Shown: positions 9,630 to 20,200, counted from the stretch's first letter. The stretch is 64,000 bases of DNA from an uncultured Nitrososphaerota archaeon (GCA_964408285.1 CAYOYV010000001.1:219841-283840); one strand, 5' to 3'. Notes: a model not told the origin generated them from the sequence alone. Program-made: numbers and translations.

Positions 9630-11009
9630 TCAGAAGTTCAGGAAATACAGGACAGCCTGTTGGATTACTACCGCAAGACCTGCCTTGATCCAACTTATCT
9701 CATGACTCTTCTTCAGTAGTATCAAGATGATGATGGACTGCCAGATCCGCGTCAAGATTGGCAATATTGTCCCCGAAGCTATTCTCACCTGCTCCGGGGT
9801 GTGTAGAAAATACATCTTGTTGAAGTAGATCATGAGGGACTGCGATTGGGCAAGAACCGCATCGGCCTTCCATTCGGCCATGGCTCTATCGTTCTGAGCT
9901 GCTGATGGCACTGAGGCGTTCATTCGTGTTAGAAAGAGACTATCCTTAGTCAAAGCCGATTCCACTATCCAATTCATATAGGTCTGGTTCTTCTGGGGCT
10001 CGGGAGGAAGACTGAAGTTGCATCTTAAGCCAACAGCCGTGGGCTCTATTGCCGTTATGTTCCCATTCGGCCAGCTCAAGCGGACCTGATCTTGAAGACT
10101 GCTCGAGGAAATTGAGAAATCTAGTCTAACGGGAATAGCAACGCCCTGCTTGACTTGAAGTCTTGTCCCATCCGGGAGAACGAGATAGGGCTTACCTGCT
10201 TCGAAGACATATCTGAATGTTGAGTTCAAGATTATCTCCTGTACTCCTTCCTGCAGATAGATAGAACTCCCATCGGCGAAGTAGGTAATATGTCTACCTT
10301 CTGTGACCGATACCCTTCCATCAGAACTGAAGAGGAATGAACTCCCGTTGACTTGCGGGATTAATAAGGAGAATCTCCAATTAACAGTCTTGCCAAGTCC
10401 TTCCGAGACCAGGGGCAGAGTTATGTTTGCGAGCATCTGTACTGAGGCAGGCTGAGTCAATTCGACGGATCCATCTTTCCATTCTATATATGTCACATTT
10501 TGGTACACACGGTAGGGGACTACAATATCCGGGATGAAAAATGAGAGTCCAAGCCACAGCAGGCCGGTGATGATAAGGACTACAGTTGCATAGACCGTAC
10601 CTGACATAATCGTTTTGACCTGGATTTCCCCAATCAGCAGTTTTGAGATCACGAGTAAGGCAATTATCGATACGGCCACTGTCAAGACAAAAGACGTGAG
10701 TGAGACCCCCCAGAAGTATCTCTCAAAATCCGTCTTGAAAGCTCCTACTGTGGTTGTGGGCAACCTCAAAGTGACATCTGAGGGCATGGCTATTTTCCCC
10801 ATTATTATGAACGGTTGTAGGAACGAGAAGATCGCGTATGCAATGAACATGACGGGGATGATCATATAGTCCGGGTCGTATGCGACATATGACATCGCCT
10901 TAAGCGGATTGACAACGGTGAGGTATATTCGACGCAACGTACGTACGGGATATAATATCTTGGACTCTTCTTCAAGTTCCTCTATCCCGGAGGGCGCCTC
11001 CCCTTCCAT
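9630..11009 (-). CDS. Yip1-like membrane protein with large extracytoplasmic insertion
   Basis: Yip1-type start (VVNPLKAMSYVA), three TMs, ~240-aa beta-rich loop, C-terminal W...LKKSHEISWIKA TM pair. Confidence 0.6.
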   Translation of the reverse strand: MEGEAPSGIEELEEESKILYPVRTLRRIYLTVVNPLKAMSYVAYDPDYMIIPVMFIAYAIFSFLQPFIIMGKIAMPSDVTLRLPTTTVGAFKTDFERYFWGVSLTSFVLTVAVSIIALLVISKLLIGEIQVKTIMSGTVYATVVLIITGLLWLGLSFFIPDIVVPYRVYQNVTYIEWKDGSVELTQPASVQMLANITLPLVSEGLGKTVNWRFSLLIPQVNGSSFLFSSDGRVSVTEGRHITYFADGSSIYLQEGVQEIILNSTFRYVFEAGKPYLVLPDGTRLQVKQGVAIPVRLDFSISSSSLQDQVRLSWPNGNITAIEPTAVGLRCNFSLPPEPQKNQTYMNWIVESALTKDSLFLTRMNASVPSAAQNDRAMAEWKADAVLAQSQSLMIYFNKMYFLHTPEQVRIASGTILPILTRIWQSIIILILLKKSHEISWIKAGLAVVIQQAVLYFLNF

Positions 11010-11016
11010 AGGGAGT

Positions 11017-11229
11017 TCACTTCTTGCGCCGTTTCCTGGGTTTTGTCAATTTCTCGACAAACAGGTCATGGCCAACTATCTTTATCCTAACTCTCTCGCC
11101 CTCAGTGAATGGGAAAGTCGAGTCATTTATGAGTTTGCTAGGGAGATACAGAAAGTATGTTATGTATTCCTTCTTCTTCGGCGTCCTTCTTCTCAGGACA
11201 TATAACTTACTCGTAGCTACCTGAACCAA
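11017..11229 (-). CDS. AbrB/MazE-like small DNA-binding protein
   Basis: LYLPSKL..DSTFPF.EGERVRIKI...LFVEK; TATA on the minus strand near 11257-11262. Confidence 0.65.
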   Translation of the reverse strand: MVQVATSKLYVLRRRTPKKKEYITYFLYLPSKLINDSTFPFTEGERVRIKIVGHDLFVEKLTKPRKRRKK

Positions 11230-11477
11230 GGTCGTCTTCGTCTGAGATTACCCATTTATAAAACTTGCCAGAAAGCCGTCTTGGCGGGCAGATGACTCCG
11301 ATCCGCAAAGATAACACTTTAATACGAGAATCTAAGTGGCGACCCGATGGTCGGTAGTTCGCCAAGCCGGATGGGCGGATTCCAACTGCCCCACATGCGA
11401 TTGATGGTTTTCTCAAGGTCCGTTACCATGGGAGAAGCTGCGCGGGCCCGGCACGATTAGAGGCGTCGGGGGTTCGG

Positions 11478-12248
11478 ATGTTGGGGCCCATTGATGTGCA
11501 TTGTCATCTCCTTGACACTTGTTTCGAGGAAGACAGGGACAACGTCATAAAGAGGGCTAGAGAATCGGGGATCTTGGCTGTGATTGAGGGGACCCAAAAT
11601 CTCTGGGAATGCAAAAAGGCGTTGGAGCTGGAATCATTGAACAGGGGATTCGTCTTCTTCACCGCAGGAGTTCATCCCGCCTACGCAGACAAGGCCGAGT
11701 TGGCAAGGGTCATCCAGTTCATAGGAACCAATGAAGCGAACATCGCAGGCATTGGAGAGGTAGGCCTTGACTTCCGCATTCGCAGAGACGACGAAGGACG
11801 CAGTCCTATGCTTGATGTATTCAAGGCCTTCATAGACATCTCAGCTCAACTGAGCTTGCCCTTGATCGTGCATTCGAGAAGCGCGGGGCGTGCTGCCATA
11901 GATGTTCTTTTGGCAATGAAGGCGAAGAAGGTCGTAATGCATGCGTTCGATGGCAGAGGCTCTTTCGCAAGGCAAGGTGTAGACGCAGGCTTTTGCTTCA
12001 GCATTCCTCCCTCTGTTGTGCGTTCTCAGCAGAAAAGAAAGCTTGTTCGTGGCTTGCCCTTGGACTCTCTTCTTCTGGAAACAGATTCACCCGTTCTGGG
12101 CCCAACAGGCAAGGAAAGGAACGAGCCAAGGAATGTCTGGATTGGGGCAGAAGAGATCGCCAAAATAAAGGGGATAAGCCTCGCCAAGGTCATAGAAGCT
12201 ACCACACGCAACGCAAATAGGATATTCAGCAGAATGGAGAGTCGGTGA
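11478..12248 (+). CDS. tatD: TatD family DNase
   Basis: DVHCH, GVHP, GIGEVGLD, HSR, LETDSP, RNEP. Confidence 0.95.
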   Translation: MLGPIDVHCHLLDTCFEEDRDNVIKRARESGILAVIEGTQNLWECKKALELESLNRGFVFFTAGVHPAYADKAELARVIQFIGTNEANIAGIGEVGLDFRIRRDDEGRSPMLDVFKAFIDISAQLSLPLIVHSRSAGRAAIDVLLAMKAKKVVMHAFDGRGSFARQGVDAGFCFSIPPSVVRSQQKRKLVRGLPLDSLLLETDSPVLGPTGKERNEPRNVWIGAEEIAKIKGISLAKVIEATTRNANRIFSRMESR

Positions 12249-12251
12249 CGG

Positions 12252-13226
12252 ATGCTAGGAACTCACTTCTCCGATCTCAATTCCAGGGTGATCACCAAGG
12301 GCCTCTGTAGGTATTGTGGAGCCTGTGCCCTAATATGTCCAGTTGACGTAATAGCCATTGGAGAAGCGGGAGCATCCCTTGCTGGTGGGTGTGTGTCATG
12401 CGGGCTTTGTCTGAGAGTATGCCCTGTCCTTAGAATGCTTCCAGAGGTTCCCATCCAAGAAGGATTTCTGGCAAGGCCAGTCTCGAAGGTGCCCGGATCA
12501 AAGACATGCGGGGTTGTGACAGAGGTTTGCTGTGCTCTGCTTGAGGAAGATAAGGTGGATGCTGTTCTAGTCAGCAGACTGCATCCCGGACTTCAAGAGA
12601 GGTCATATCTTGCAAGATCAACAAGGGAGATTCGGGAAGCCGCGGGCGCGAACTACTTCTCAAGAGGCCATCTCCATTTCATGAAGGAGGCCGTGAAGAA
12701 AGGTGAAATAGTCGCAGTAATAGGGACTGGTTGCTGTGTTGAAGGTGCAAGATTAATCAGTTCAATCTCCAACAGGCATTCGGCTCTGTTACCATACAAG
12801 CTTGGGTTATTCTGCAGTTCGCAATTGGACAGCGCAGTGATGCGGAAGGTTCTCCTGAAAAACGGCATTGATCCGCCCACTGTCAATTGCATAAACATAA
12901 GGGGCAGATCTATCTCAATTGGGAGTTCACTCGGCAGAGCAGACAACCTGACTCTGGCGGAGATATCGGCTGCAAAGAGACCCTCATGCTCCTATTGCTA
13001 CGACCTAGATAATTGGGCAGCGGACATATCTTTTGGAGAAATGGGCGCACCTGAGGGGTATGTCATCGTATTCGTCAGGACAAAATCAGGGAAAGAAATA
13101 GTCGAGCTATCAGAACAAAGGCTGGAATCTATCCCGATTCCCCCCGAAGTATTAGAAGAAGTCGGAAAGGTCAAGTCAAGCAAGCGTGCTAAAGCTAACA
13201 GCCTGAGACATAAGCATCTGGATTGA
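12252..13226 (+). CDS. FrhB/FdhB-family (F420 dehydrogenase beta) protein with N-terminal 2[4Fe-4S]
   Basis: CRYCGACALICP, CVSCGLCLRVCP, GTGC, GLFC, CSYCYD, ADISFG. Confidence 0.85.
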   Translation: MLGTHFSDLNSRVITKGLCRYCGACALICPVDVIAIGEAGASLAGGCVSCGLCLRVCPVLRMLPEVPIQEGFLARPVSKVPGSKTCGVVTEVCCALLEEDKVDAVLVSRLHPGLQERSYLARSTREIREAAGANYFSRGHLHFMKEAVKKGEIVAVIGTGCCVEGARLISSISNRHSALLPYKLGLFCSSQLDSAVMRKVLLKNGIDPPTVNCINIRGRSISIGSSLGRADNLTLAEISAAKRPSCSYCYDLDNWAADISFGEMGAPEGYVIVFVRTKSGKEIVELSEQRLESIPIPPEVLEEVGKVKSSKRAKANSLRHKHLD

Positions 13227-13811
13227 TGGCATGAACATCGTAGCACCCAGATATGTTATTGACAGGGAGACTAGTGCGCTCACAACAACCTGAGACCAAG
13301 TGTGGGCGCCAAGTCTGACTCTTGCCCACATCAACGCCGGTATGAGGAGAACGCCCGGAAGCATGTAGAGGCCATTCTGCATGGACATGATGGTGAGGGG
13401 AACAGTTAGGCCGGAGACATGTATACTAATCTTCCATCTCCAGGTTATGAGTAGATAGACGATTGTACCGAGAAACATCACAAATGAGAAAGATGCAAGC
13501 CACAGAAGCCCCAGATACCAGAAAAGGAGGGTGCCCAAGAGATATGAAACAAGGCCAAAGATGAAAAGCTTCGGTCGCAGTTCCCTCCTCGAAACGAATA
13601 TGTCAGACTTCTTCCTGACGAAAAGGATCAAGGCTCCAAGGTAGGGCAGTACTCCGCAAATCAGGCCCGCCGCGATGCCTATCAAAGGATTTGGGGCTCC
13701 CCACTTCGCCACAGCTTCCTGAGTGGCTATTGCCAAACCGAAGAGCCCATCTACAATTGGATTGGAGAGTAAGATCGATATGGCCTTTGCAATCTTCTCT
13801 CCCGTCTCCAT
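13176..13811 (-). CDS. PAP2-like membrane protein
   Basis: WKISIH and WARVRLGAHT..QV motifs, multiple TMs. Confidence 0.7.
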   Translation of the reverse strand: METGEKIAKAISILLSNPIVDGLFGLAIATQEAVAKWGAPNPLIGIAAGLICGVLPYLGALILFVRKKSDIFVSRRELRPKLFIFGLVSYLLGTLLFWYLGLLWLASFSFVMFLGTIVYLLITWRWKISIHVSGLTVPLTIMSMQNGLYMLPGVLLIPALMWARVRLGAHTWSQVVVSALVSLSITYLGATMFMPSIQMLMSQAVSFSTLA

Positions 13812-13862
13812 GCTCTGAATAGTCTAATGATATTTATGTTTATAAAAGTTATTGCGTGCTTT

Positions 13863-14360
13863 TTATCTTTTGTAACCGATCTTCCTGAGGAATTCATGTC
13901 TTCTTTCCCTGTCCTGCTCAGTCTCGATTCCGATTGGTCTCGCCCCGTCTATTACTCCCAGCACTCCTCTTCCGGTGTCGTCCTCAGCGATCAAGAGACT
14001 CACTGGATTTCCGGTTGCGCAGAAAACGGTCGCGACTTCTTCTGTCATCTTGACCTTGTTGAGGATGCTTATCGGGAAGGCTTCTCGCATGAGAATGACG
14101 AACACATGTCCTGCTCCTATCCTGAATGCGAGTTCAGCAGCTAAGTTGGCCAGAGATTCATCATTTCCATCATGTCTGACCAGACAAGGACCACTAGACT
14201 CGCAGAAGCCGAGTCCGAACTTGATGACAGTAGACGAAGTAGCCAGAGCTTCGTAGAGGTCCTCAACAGTTTTTATGAAGTGGGCCTGGCCAATTATCAT
14301 TTGCGCCCCCTCGGGAGGCTTGGCTTCTATCCTTTGCAGCTTCACTTCAGACATCGCCAT
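13863..14360 (-). CDS. Adenosine-specific kinase family (DUF355)
   Basis: GQAHFIKTVEDLYE, FCESSG, GAGHVF, CATGNP, GVIDG, IGYKR. Confidence 0.9.
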   Translation of the reverse strand: MAMSEVKLQRIEAKPPEGAQMIIGQAHFIKTVEDLYEALATSSTVIKFGLGFCESSGPCLVRHDGNDESLANLAAELAFRIGAGHVFVILMREAFPISILNKVKMTEEVATVFCATGNPVSLLIAEDDTGRGVLGVIDGARPIGIETEQDRERRHEFLRKIGYKR

Positions 14361-14407
14361 TGATCTGTCGAGGATCTAATATAAGATTTGGGAGGCCGAA
14401 ATCCCTT

Positions 14408-15625
14408 TCAGGGGATCCTCCACTTTATGATTGGTTGGGCTGATTCAATCATGCTGATTTGCTTGATGGTCCTGTCCCTCAATTCCTGTGGACTCAATGG
14501 ATGCCTAACCAACTCGCCGCCCTTGATTAGATCCTTCAGGAGTGGCTCATATCCGTCGGGAGCCGGGGATCGGTCCGGTTGCACGAGATCCTCTGATCTC
14601 TCCCAGCCTCTGTAGACCTGCTTCTTTCCGGAGACATCTCCTCTTTTCGCCCTAGCTATTCTTCGCCCCTCTCGGGTTATGATCTCTACTATCTTGCCAC
14701 TGAAATCCACTGAGGGAGCGTCGCTGAGGTTTGTGCCAATCCCGTAACCATCCACCACATCGTTGAGCCATCTTATCGATTCCTCATCAAGCCCCCCAGA
14801 AACGATGATCTTGATCTCCTTGTGTCCTCTCATGTTCAGTTCCCATCTGACCTCTTCAACTATCTTTCTGAGATTGCCTCTTCTAGAACCCGGAGTGTCG
14901 ATCCTTACCCCGTGAAGCTTCTCCCCAAGGGTATCTGCGGCCATAAGTGCTTCAATCTTTTCATCAAAAAGCGTATCAATTAGGGCTATCCTTGGGATTC
15001 TTCTGTCCATAACATGATCAAACGCTTTCCATGCTTCCCTCTGGTCACCCAAGATCAATACCAAGGAATGCGGCATTGTCCCGACGGGTCTTTCACCAAG
15101 GAAGCGAGCTCCCAGAACATTCGACACGGCGTTCGCTCCTCCCACGAAAGAAGCCCATTCCACGGAAGGTGCAATCGAGGGGTGTACCCTCCTTGAGCCG
15201 AAACTCAGGATGGTCCTGTCGCCAGCGGCGAGGCGCAGCCTAGCAGCTCTTGTCGATATCCCTGACATCGAGCAGATGAAACCCAAGATGGGATTCTCCA
15301 GTTCAGCGAATTCGGTGTATTTCCCCTCCACTTGGATCACTGGCTCAGATACAGCACTATCTTTGCTAGCGAGGAAAACGGTTCCTTCCTCCATTGCTCT
15401 CACATCGAGATTTCTGCCTTCTAGCAGCTTGGCCACTTCATATGTTCCAGTCACCACTCCCCAGTTGCCGTCAGGTATAGACCTAGCGAAAAACTCCATT
15501 ACAACCCCTGAATCCGCGTTCAAGGCCTCCAGTATTTCTCTAGTGTATGTGAAATAGACATCAGTTGTCAGTCCTTGCTTTACTTCCTTGTCAGTGGCGA
15601 CCAAGAATCTGTTCGGATCAATCAT
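14408..15625 (-). CDS. pncB: Nicotinate phosphoribosyltransferase
   Basis: TDVYF, FGSRRVHP, GTMPHS, VRIDTPGSRRG, SGGLD; likely ATG 15625. Confidence 0.92.
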   Translation of the reverse strand: MIDPNRFLVATDKEVKQGLTTDVYFTYTREILEALNADSGVVMEFFARSIPDGNWGVVTGTYEVAKLLEGRNLDVRAMEEGTVFLASKDSAVSEPVIQVEGKYTEFAELENPILGFICSMSGISTRAARLRLAAGDRTILSFGSRRVHPSIAPSVEWASFVGGANAVSNVLGARFLGERPVGTMPHSLVLILGDQREAWKAFDHVMDRRIPRIALIDTLFDEKIEALMAADTLGEKLHGVRIDTPGSRRGNLRKIVEEVRWELNMRGHKEIKIIVSGGLDEESIRWLNDVVDGYGIGTNLSDAPSVDFSGKIVEIITREGRRIARAKRGDVSGKKQVYRGWERSEDLVQPDRSPAPDGYEPLLKDLIKGGELVRHPLSPQELRDRTIKQISMIESAQPIIKWRIP

Positions 15626-15805
15626 GTCAGATCCATCGGGATTCAAGTTCTGCTCATTCACTTCGGGATCTCTGACGGGAGAACAGAATAAAGACTTTTT
15701 GCAGGCACGCAAGGCCCCATCACATCAGCGGGCGGACGACACAGATGTCTTCTTGGCAAAGGATTTATCAATTTTGTTTGAGTGCACATTGAAGATGCCC
15801 GTGAG

Positions 15806-17758
15806 ATGGAGAATGATGCGCCCATTGAAGTGAGGAGCATACAAGGGAGATTTTTCCTAGGAGTGAATTACTGGCCAGCCTCAAGTGGCCCCTTTATGTG
15901 GGAAGAGTGGGAGTTGCAGAAGATAGAAGAGGATTTCCTGAGAATGAAGTCAATCGGCCTGAATTCAGCCAGGATATTCCTGTTCCTTCCACACTTCATG
16001 CGCACAGCTGACCGCGTGGATGAGGTCTGCCTCGAAAGACTGGATGAATTGGTGAAGACAGCCAAGCGGAATTCAATCTTCTTGTTTCCATCAATATTCG
16101 TTGGCCATATGTCTGGAGAGAACTGGGATTTCCCTTGGAGCAAAGGGCAAGATTTCTACACAGATCCGGAAATGGTTTCAGCCGAAAAGCTGCTGTTAGG
16201 GACTCTGGCCGAAAGGTACAGGGAAGAGCAGCAAATAGTTGGATGGATCCTCTCGAACGAACTGCCGTTATTTGCTGGCGATCCAGATCCCTCAATCGCA
16301 AGGTCGTGGACCGAATCGATGATCAGGGTGATGAGGGAAGGAGGAGATACCCATCCGATTGGAACGGGCGATGGTCTGTTCTCTCAGGGTTTCAGGGTCG
16401 AGTGGCTTGTGGATCTAGTGGACTGGGCCGGTCCCCACTTATATGCCCCATCCGGCCAAATCATGGATCCCATCAAATGGTCATATGCGCATGAGGCAAG
16501 GATTGCACATTCGAAGCTTGGCAAGCCTGTACTGATGGAGGAATTCGGGAGTTCAAAGACTCTCGTCTCAGAGGAAAACGAAGCAGCTTACTATAGAAAT
16601 GTCATATATAGCTCTCTGATAGCTGGCTCCAAAGGATTCCTGGCTTGGTGTTTTTCCGATTTCAAGTGCAAGGCCAAAAGGCCATACCTTCATCACTCTC
16701 TGGAACTGAAATTCGGCGTGTTTAGGGAGGATGGTTCTCCCCGGCCATCTGCCTGCGAGCTGAGAAGGCTGTCACGGATAGACACAAGGGTAGCTCTTAG
16801 GAGGTTCTCAGTGCCAGAAGGGGATACAGGGATCTTGATCCCTTCTCATCAGTACATCGACCATCCTTTCGTTCACTGGAGGGTGGACAGAAATAAGTAC
16901 AATTCGCTGTTGTTGGATGCCTTCACCATGGCTAGGTTGGCAGGCTTAGCTACTGAGATGATCCGGGAGATCAATGGATTCAGCGAAGTGACTGAGGAAA
17001 ATGCGATTGAGAGACTTCCGAATCTAGTTGGGAATCGTCTCTTGTTGGTGCCATGCCCGAAGATGCTGCTATCCGTGACCTGGGACAGACTTCTGGAGCA
17101 TGCTCGCGCTGGGGGCGCCATTTATTTCTCCTATGCGAATGACAACTGGATCCCAGTGATTAGAGAACTCGCTGGTGTCGACCATCAGCTGAAGTATGGT
17201 GAGGGCACCATACCCAAAGGGGGCAGAATCTCTATGACCTTCGTTCGGGATTTCCCGCCATTTAGAAAGGGAGAGAAATTCGTTGTCCCCATTGCCGGAC
17301 AAGGTACATCGATGCCACTCTGCCCCGTGAAGGCGAAGGAAGGACAAGCCTTAGCCGTCGACGAGGAGGGTAATCCCATGTTCGTCATGAATCGCATTGG
17401 ATCAGGGGTGGCATTCTTCCTGAGCTTCCCGTTTGAATGCTATCTTGTGAGCTTGGCTCAGAGCTATTGTCTCTACGAGTACGAAAGGCTCTACGCGGCC
17501 ATGGCAGTACATGCCGGCCTGAGAAGCACTTTTCGATCAAGCAACAGGTTGATTGAGATTGGTACCCTACAATGCAAGGAGGAAGATGAGATCCTGCTGG
17601 TGGCGCTCAATCACTCATGGCAGCTCCAGAATGCGAGGATAATAGCTCCGGAAAAGGTCAGATCGTTTGTGGACGTCGAGACTGAGAAAGTGCATAAGGG
17701 CCCAGCCCCGGGATTATCCCTCGGACCGAAAGAGGCAAAGATTTTCTCCTTGACGTGA
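15806..17758 (+). CDS. Cytoplasmic glycoside hydrolase, clan GH-A (GH5 mannanase-like) with C-terminal domains
   Basis: GVNYWP, GHMSGENW, ILSNE (acid/base), HLY, LMEEFG (nucleophile), AWC; no signal peptide. Confidence 0.85.
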   Translation: MENDAPIEVRSIQGRFFLGVNYWPASSGPFMWEEWELQKIEEDFLRMKSIGLNSARIFLFLPHFMRTADRVDEVCLERLDELVKTAKRNSIFLFPSIFVGHMSGENWDFPWSKGQDFYTDPEMVSAEKLLLGTLAERYREEQQIVGWILSNELPLFAGDPDPSIARSWTESMIRVMREGGDTHPIGTGDGLFSQGFRVEWLVDLVDWAGPHLYAPSGQIMDPIKWSYAHEARIAHSKLGKPVLMEEFGSSKTLVSEENEAAYYRNVIYSSLIAGSKGFLAWCFSDFKCKAKRPYLHHSLELKFGVFREDGSPRPSACELRRLSRIDTRVALRRFSVPEGDTGILIPSHQYIDHPFVHWRVDRNKYNSLLLDAFTMARLAGLATEMIREINGFSEVTEENAIERLPNLVGNRLLLVPCPKMLLSVTWDRLLEHARAGGAIYFSYANDNWIPVIRELAGVDHQLKYGEGTIPKGGRISMTFVRDFPPFRKGEKFVVPIAGQGTSMPLCPVKAKEGQALAVDEEGNPMFVMNRIGSGVAFFLSFPFECYLVSLAQSYCLYEYERLYAAMAVHAGLRSTFRSSNRLIEIGTLQCKEEDEILLVALNHSWQLQNARIIAPEKVRSFVDVETEKVHKGPAPGLSLGPKEAKIFSLT

Positions 17759-17865
17759 CAAGAGCGTGTTTTCTCCGCAGTGGTACAGACGCCAACTGAC
17801 GGTTGAGTATGCACTGCGAAGCAATGTTGTCTTTAAATAAGACAGCAAGGAGCCATTCGAGCGCG

Positions 17866-18609
17866 ATGCTTCCGAGGGATGTTGCTGATCATCTCAGAAA
17901 GAGATTCCAGCGGGATTTGGAAGGTAACGTTAGGATCATCGTATTCGTGAAGGATCGGGATTGCAGGTACTGCGGCGAAACTGCCCAGATAGGGCGGGAC
18001 GTCGCTGAGCTAGATCCACGCATTTCGACCGAAGTATATGACGCAGGTCAATCCAGCGAAATGAGGTCGAAATTCGGAATTGAGCTGGTACCAGCGACGA
18101 TCATATTGGGTGACAGGGACTACAGGATAAGGCATTATGGGATTCCCTCTGGAGGTGAATTCTCCACCTACGTAGAGGATATAATAAGCGTCTCAAGAAG
18201 GAGGCCAAAGCTAGATAGCAGGAGCTTGGAAATGCTGAGGTCAGTGGATCAGAAGGTTCACATCCAGGTCTTTGTGACCCCAACTTGCCCCCATTGTCCG
18301 AGGATGGTCTTCATGGCACATCAGTTCGCGATTGCGAATGAGAACATCAATGCCGACATGATTGAGGCTACAGAATTCCCAGAACTCGCAAGGAAATACA
18401 GAGTCTTGGGTGTGCCCAAAACAATCGTAAATGGAACGGTAACTGTGGTTGGGCAATTGCCAGAAGATGCCTTCGTCGAGTTCATTCTCTACTCCATTGG
18501 CAAGATCCAGAATTTGTCGCCAACCTTGGAAGGGGCCCTCAAGGCTTCAGACATGGGTTCTTCAATTCGAGACCGCTATAGGGACGATCCACTACAGACT
18601 GGAGCTTAG
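17866..18609 (+). CDS. Protein disulfide oxidoreductase (two thioredoxin folds)
   Basis: CRYC and CPHC motifs, GIPSGGEF, GVPKT. Confidence 0.9.
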   Translation: MLPRDVADHLRKRFQRDLEGNVRIIVFVKDRDCRYCGETAQIGRDVAELDPRISTEVYDAGQSSEMRSKFGIELVPATIILGDRDYRIRHYGIPSGGEFSTYVEDIISVSRRRPKLDSRSLEMLRSVDQKVHIQVFVTPTCPHCPRMVFMAHQFAIANENINADMIEATEFPELARKYRVLGVPKTIVNGTVTVVGQLPEDAFVEFILYSIGKIQNLSPTLEGALKASDMGSSIRDRYRDDPLQTGA

Positions 18610-18679
18610 GGCTTTCTTGCTTGCACACAATTGAAGACGAAAAAGAGATAATAAGGTCTTTCGTTTTTTTGCTTGGAAT

Positions 18680-20197
18680 ATGACAACTCTGTCCGCGAAA
18701 GTCATGCCAATACCCACTGACACCTTGACAGTCATCATACATTCAAGCATGGCAAAGAACTTGGGTATAGGAAGAGGCGAGCGTGTTAAGATACAAGGGA
18801 CCAAATCAGCCTCGATCGCTTTGGCAAATATCTCCTCAACGCTTGTGGCGATGGATCAGATCGCAATCGACAGCACCTTGGCTCAGGAGATCGGAGTGAC
18901 AGAAGGGCAGAACGTAACGGTCTCATATTCTCAACCTCCCATTTCGTCCCAGTCCATCCGAACTCTATTGGCCGGGAAATCATTGGATAAGGAGATGTAC
19001 TATGCGATAATTGAGGATCTTGTCTCCAGACGATTGACCGATGTCGAGCTGACCAGCTTTGTGATCGCCCAGTTGTTCAGGAAACTTCCAATGGAGGAAA
19101 TCGAATATCTAGCAAGGGCAATGGCCGATGCAGGCGACAAGATCGACTTTGAGAGAACAGTCTATGACAAGCACTCCATAGGAGGGGTGCCCGGAAACAA
19201 AGTCTCTCTGATAGTTGTGCCCATAATTGCAGCAGCAGGTCTACTAATACCGAAGACATCGAGTCGATCAGTAACGAGCCCCAGCGGGACGGCGGACACC
19301 ATGGAGGTTCTTGCCCCAGTTGAGCTGGAGCCGGCAGAATTTAAGAAGGCTGCAATGAGGGCCGGTGGTGCACTGGTCTGGGGAGGTAAGCTTGGCATAT
19401 CACCAGCAGATGATGTCCTGATAGGAAAGGTCGAGCATCCTCTTTCCATAGATCCTATCAGTCAGTTGCTCGCAAGCGTCATGTCGAAGAAATTGGCGGT
19501 AGGTGTTAACTATCTTGTGGTAGACCTCCCAGTAGGTAGAGGCACCAAATTGCCATCCGAGGAGGCAGCCTTGGAATTGGCGAATGACTTCATGGAGATA
19601 GGTAGAAGGCTCGGCATCGTGGTCACGTGCGGGATGACATATGGATCTCAGCCAGTCGGACATTCTGTGGGGCCTGCCCTCGAGGCAAGGGAGGCTCTTG
19701 ATGCTCTATCTGGAGGCGGTCCAGTTAGTCTGAGGGAGAAATCCACCGCCCTAGCGGGTCTTCTACTGGAATCCTCTGGCCAAGCACCTAGAGGAGGAGG
19801 AAAAGATCTTGCGACGAAAGTATTGGAGAGCGGCAAGGCTCTTCAGAAAATGAGGGAGATAATCGAAGCGCAGGGAGGGAATCCTAGCATCAGACCAGAG
19901 GACATACCCATAGGAACCCAAGTTGCCCCGATATCTTCTCCGGCCGATGGATATATCGTGGAGGTGAATAATTCCTCAATAAACGCCATAGCAAAAGCAG
20001 CAGGCGCACCAGTTGACAAGGGCGCCGGAGTTCTTCTTCATGCAAAGGTTGGTTACAATATCAAGAAGGGGTCATTAATAATGGAGATCTACGCCGAGCA
20101 TTCAAGCAAGCTCGCAGACGCCATCAGTCTTTCTCAGAAGCTCAAGCCAATCACGGTCGAAGGCATGCTTCTGAGGCGTATGCCAGAGGTAGCTTGA
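18680..20197 (+). CDS. deoA: AMP phosphorylase
   Basis: N-terminal double-psi barrel, DKHSIGGVPGNK, PKTSSRSVTSPSGTAD, GPALEA. Confidence 0.93.
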   Translation: MTTLSAKVMPIPTDTLTVIIHSSMAKNLGIGRGERVKIQGTKSASIALANISSTLVAMDQIAIDSTLAQEIGVTEGQNVTVSYSQPPISSQSIRTLLAGKSLDKEMYYAIIEDLVSRRLTDVELTSFVIAQLFRKLPMEEIEYLARAMADAGDKIDFERTVYDKHSIGGVPGNKVSLIVVPIIAAAGLLIPKTSSRSVTSPSGTADTMEVLAPVELEPAEFKKAAMRAGGALVWGGKLGISPADDVLIGKVEHPLSIDPISQLLASVMSKKLAVGVNYLVVDLPVGRGTKLPSEEAALELANDFMEIGRRLGIVVTCGMTYGSQPVGHSVGPALEAREALDALSGGGPVSLREKSTALAGLLLESSGQAPRGGGKDLATKVLESGKALQKMREIIEAQGGNPSIRPEDIPIGTQVAPISSPADGYIVEVNNSSINAIAKAAGAPVDKGAGVLLHAKVGYNIKKGSLIMEIYAEHSSKLADAISLSQKLKPITVEGMLLRRMPEVA

Positions 20198-20200
20198 CCT

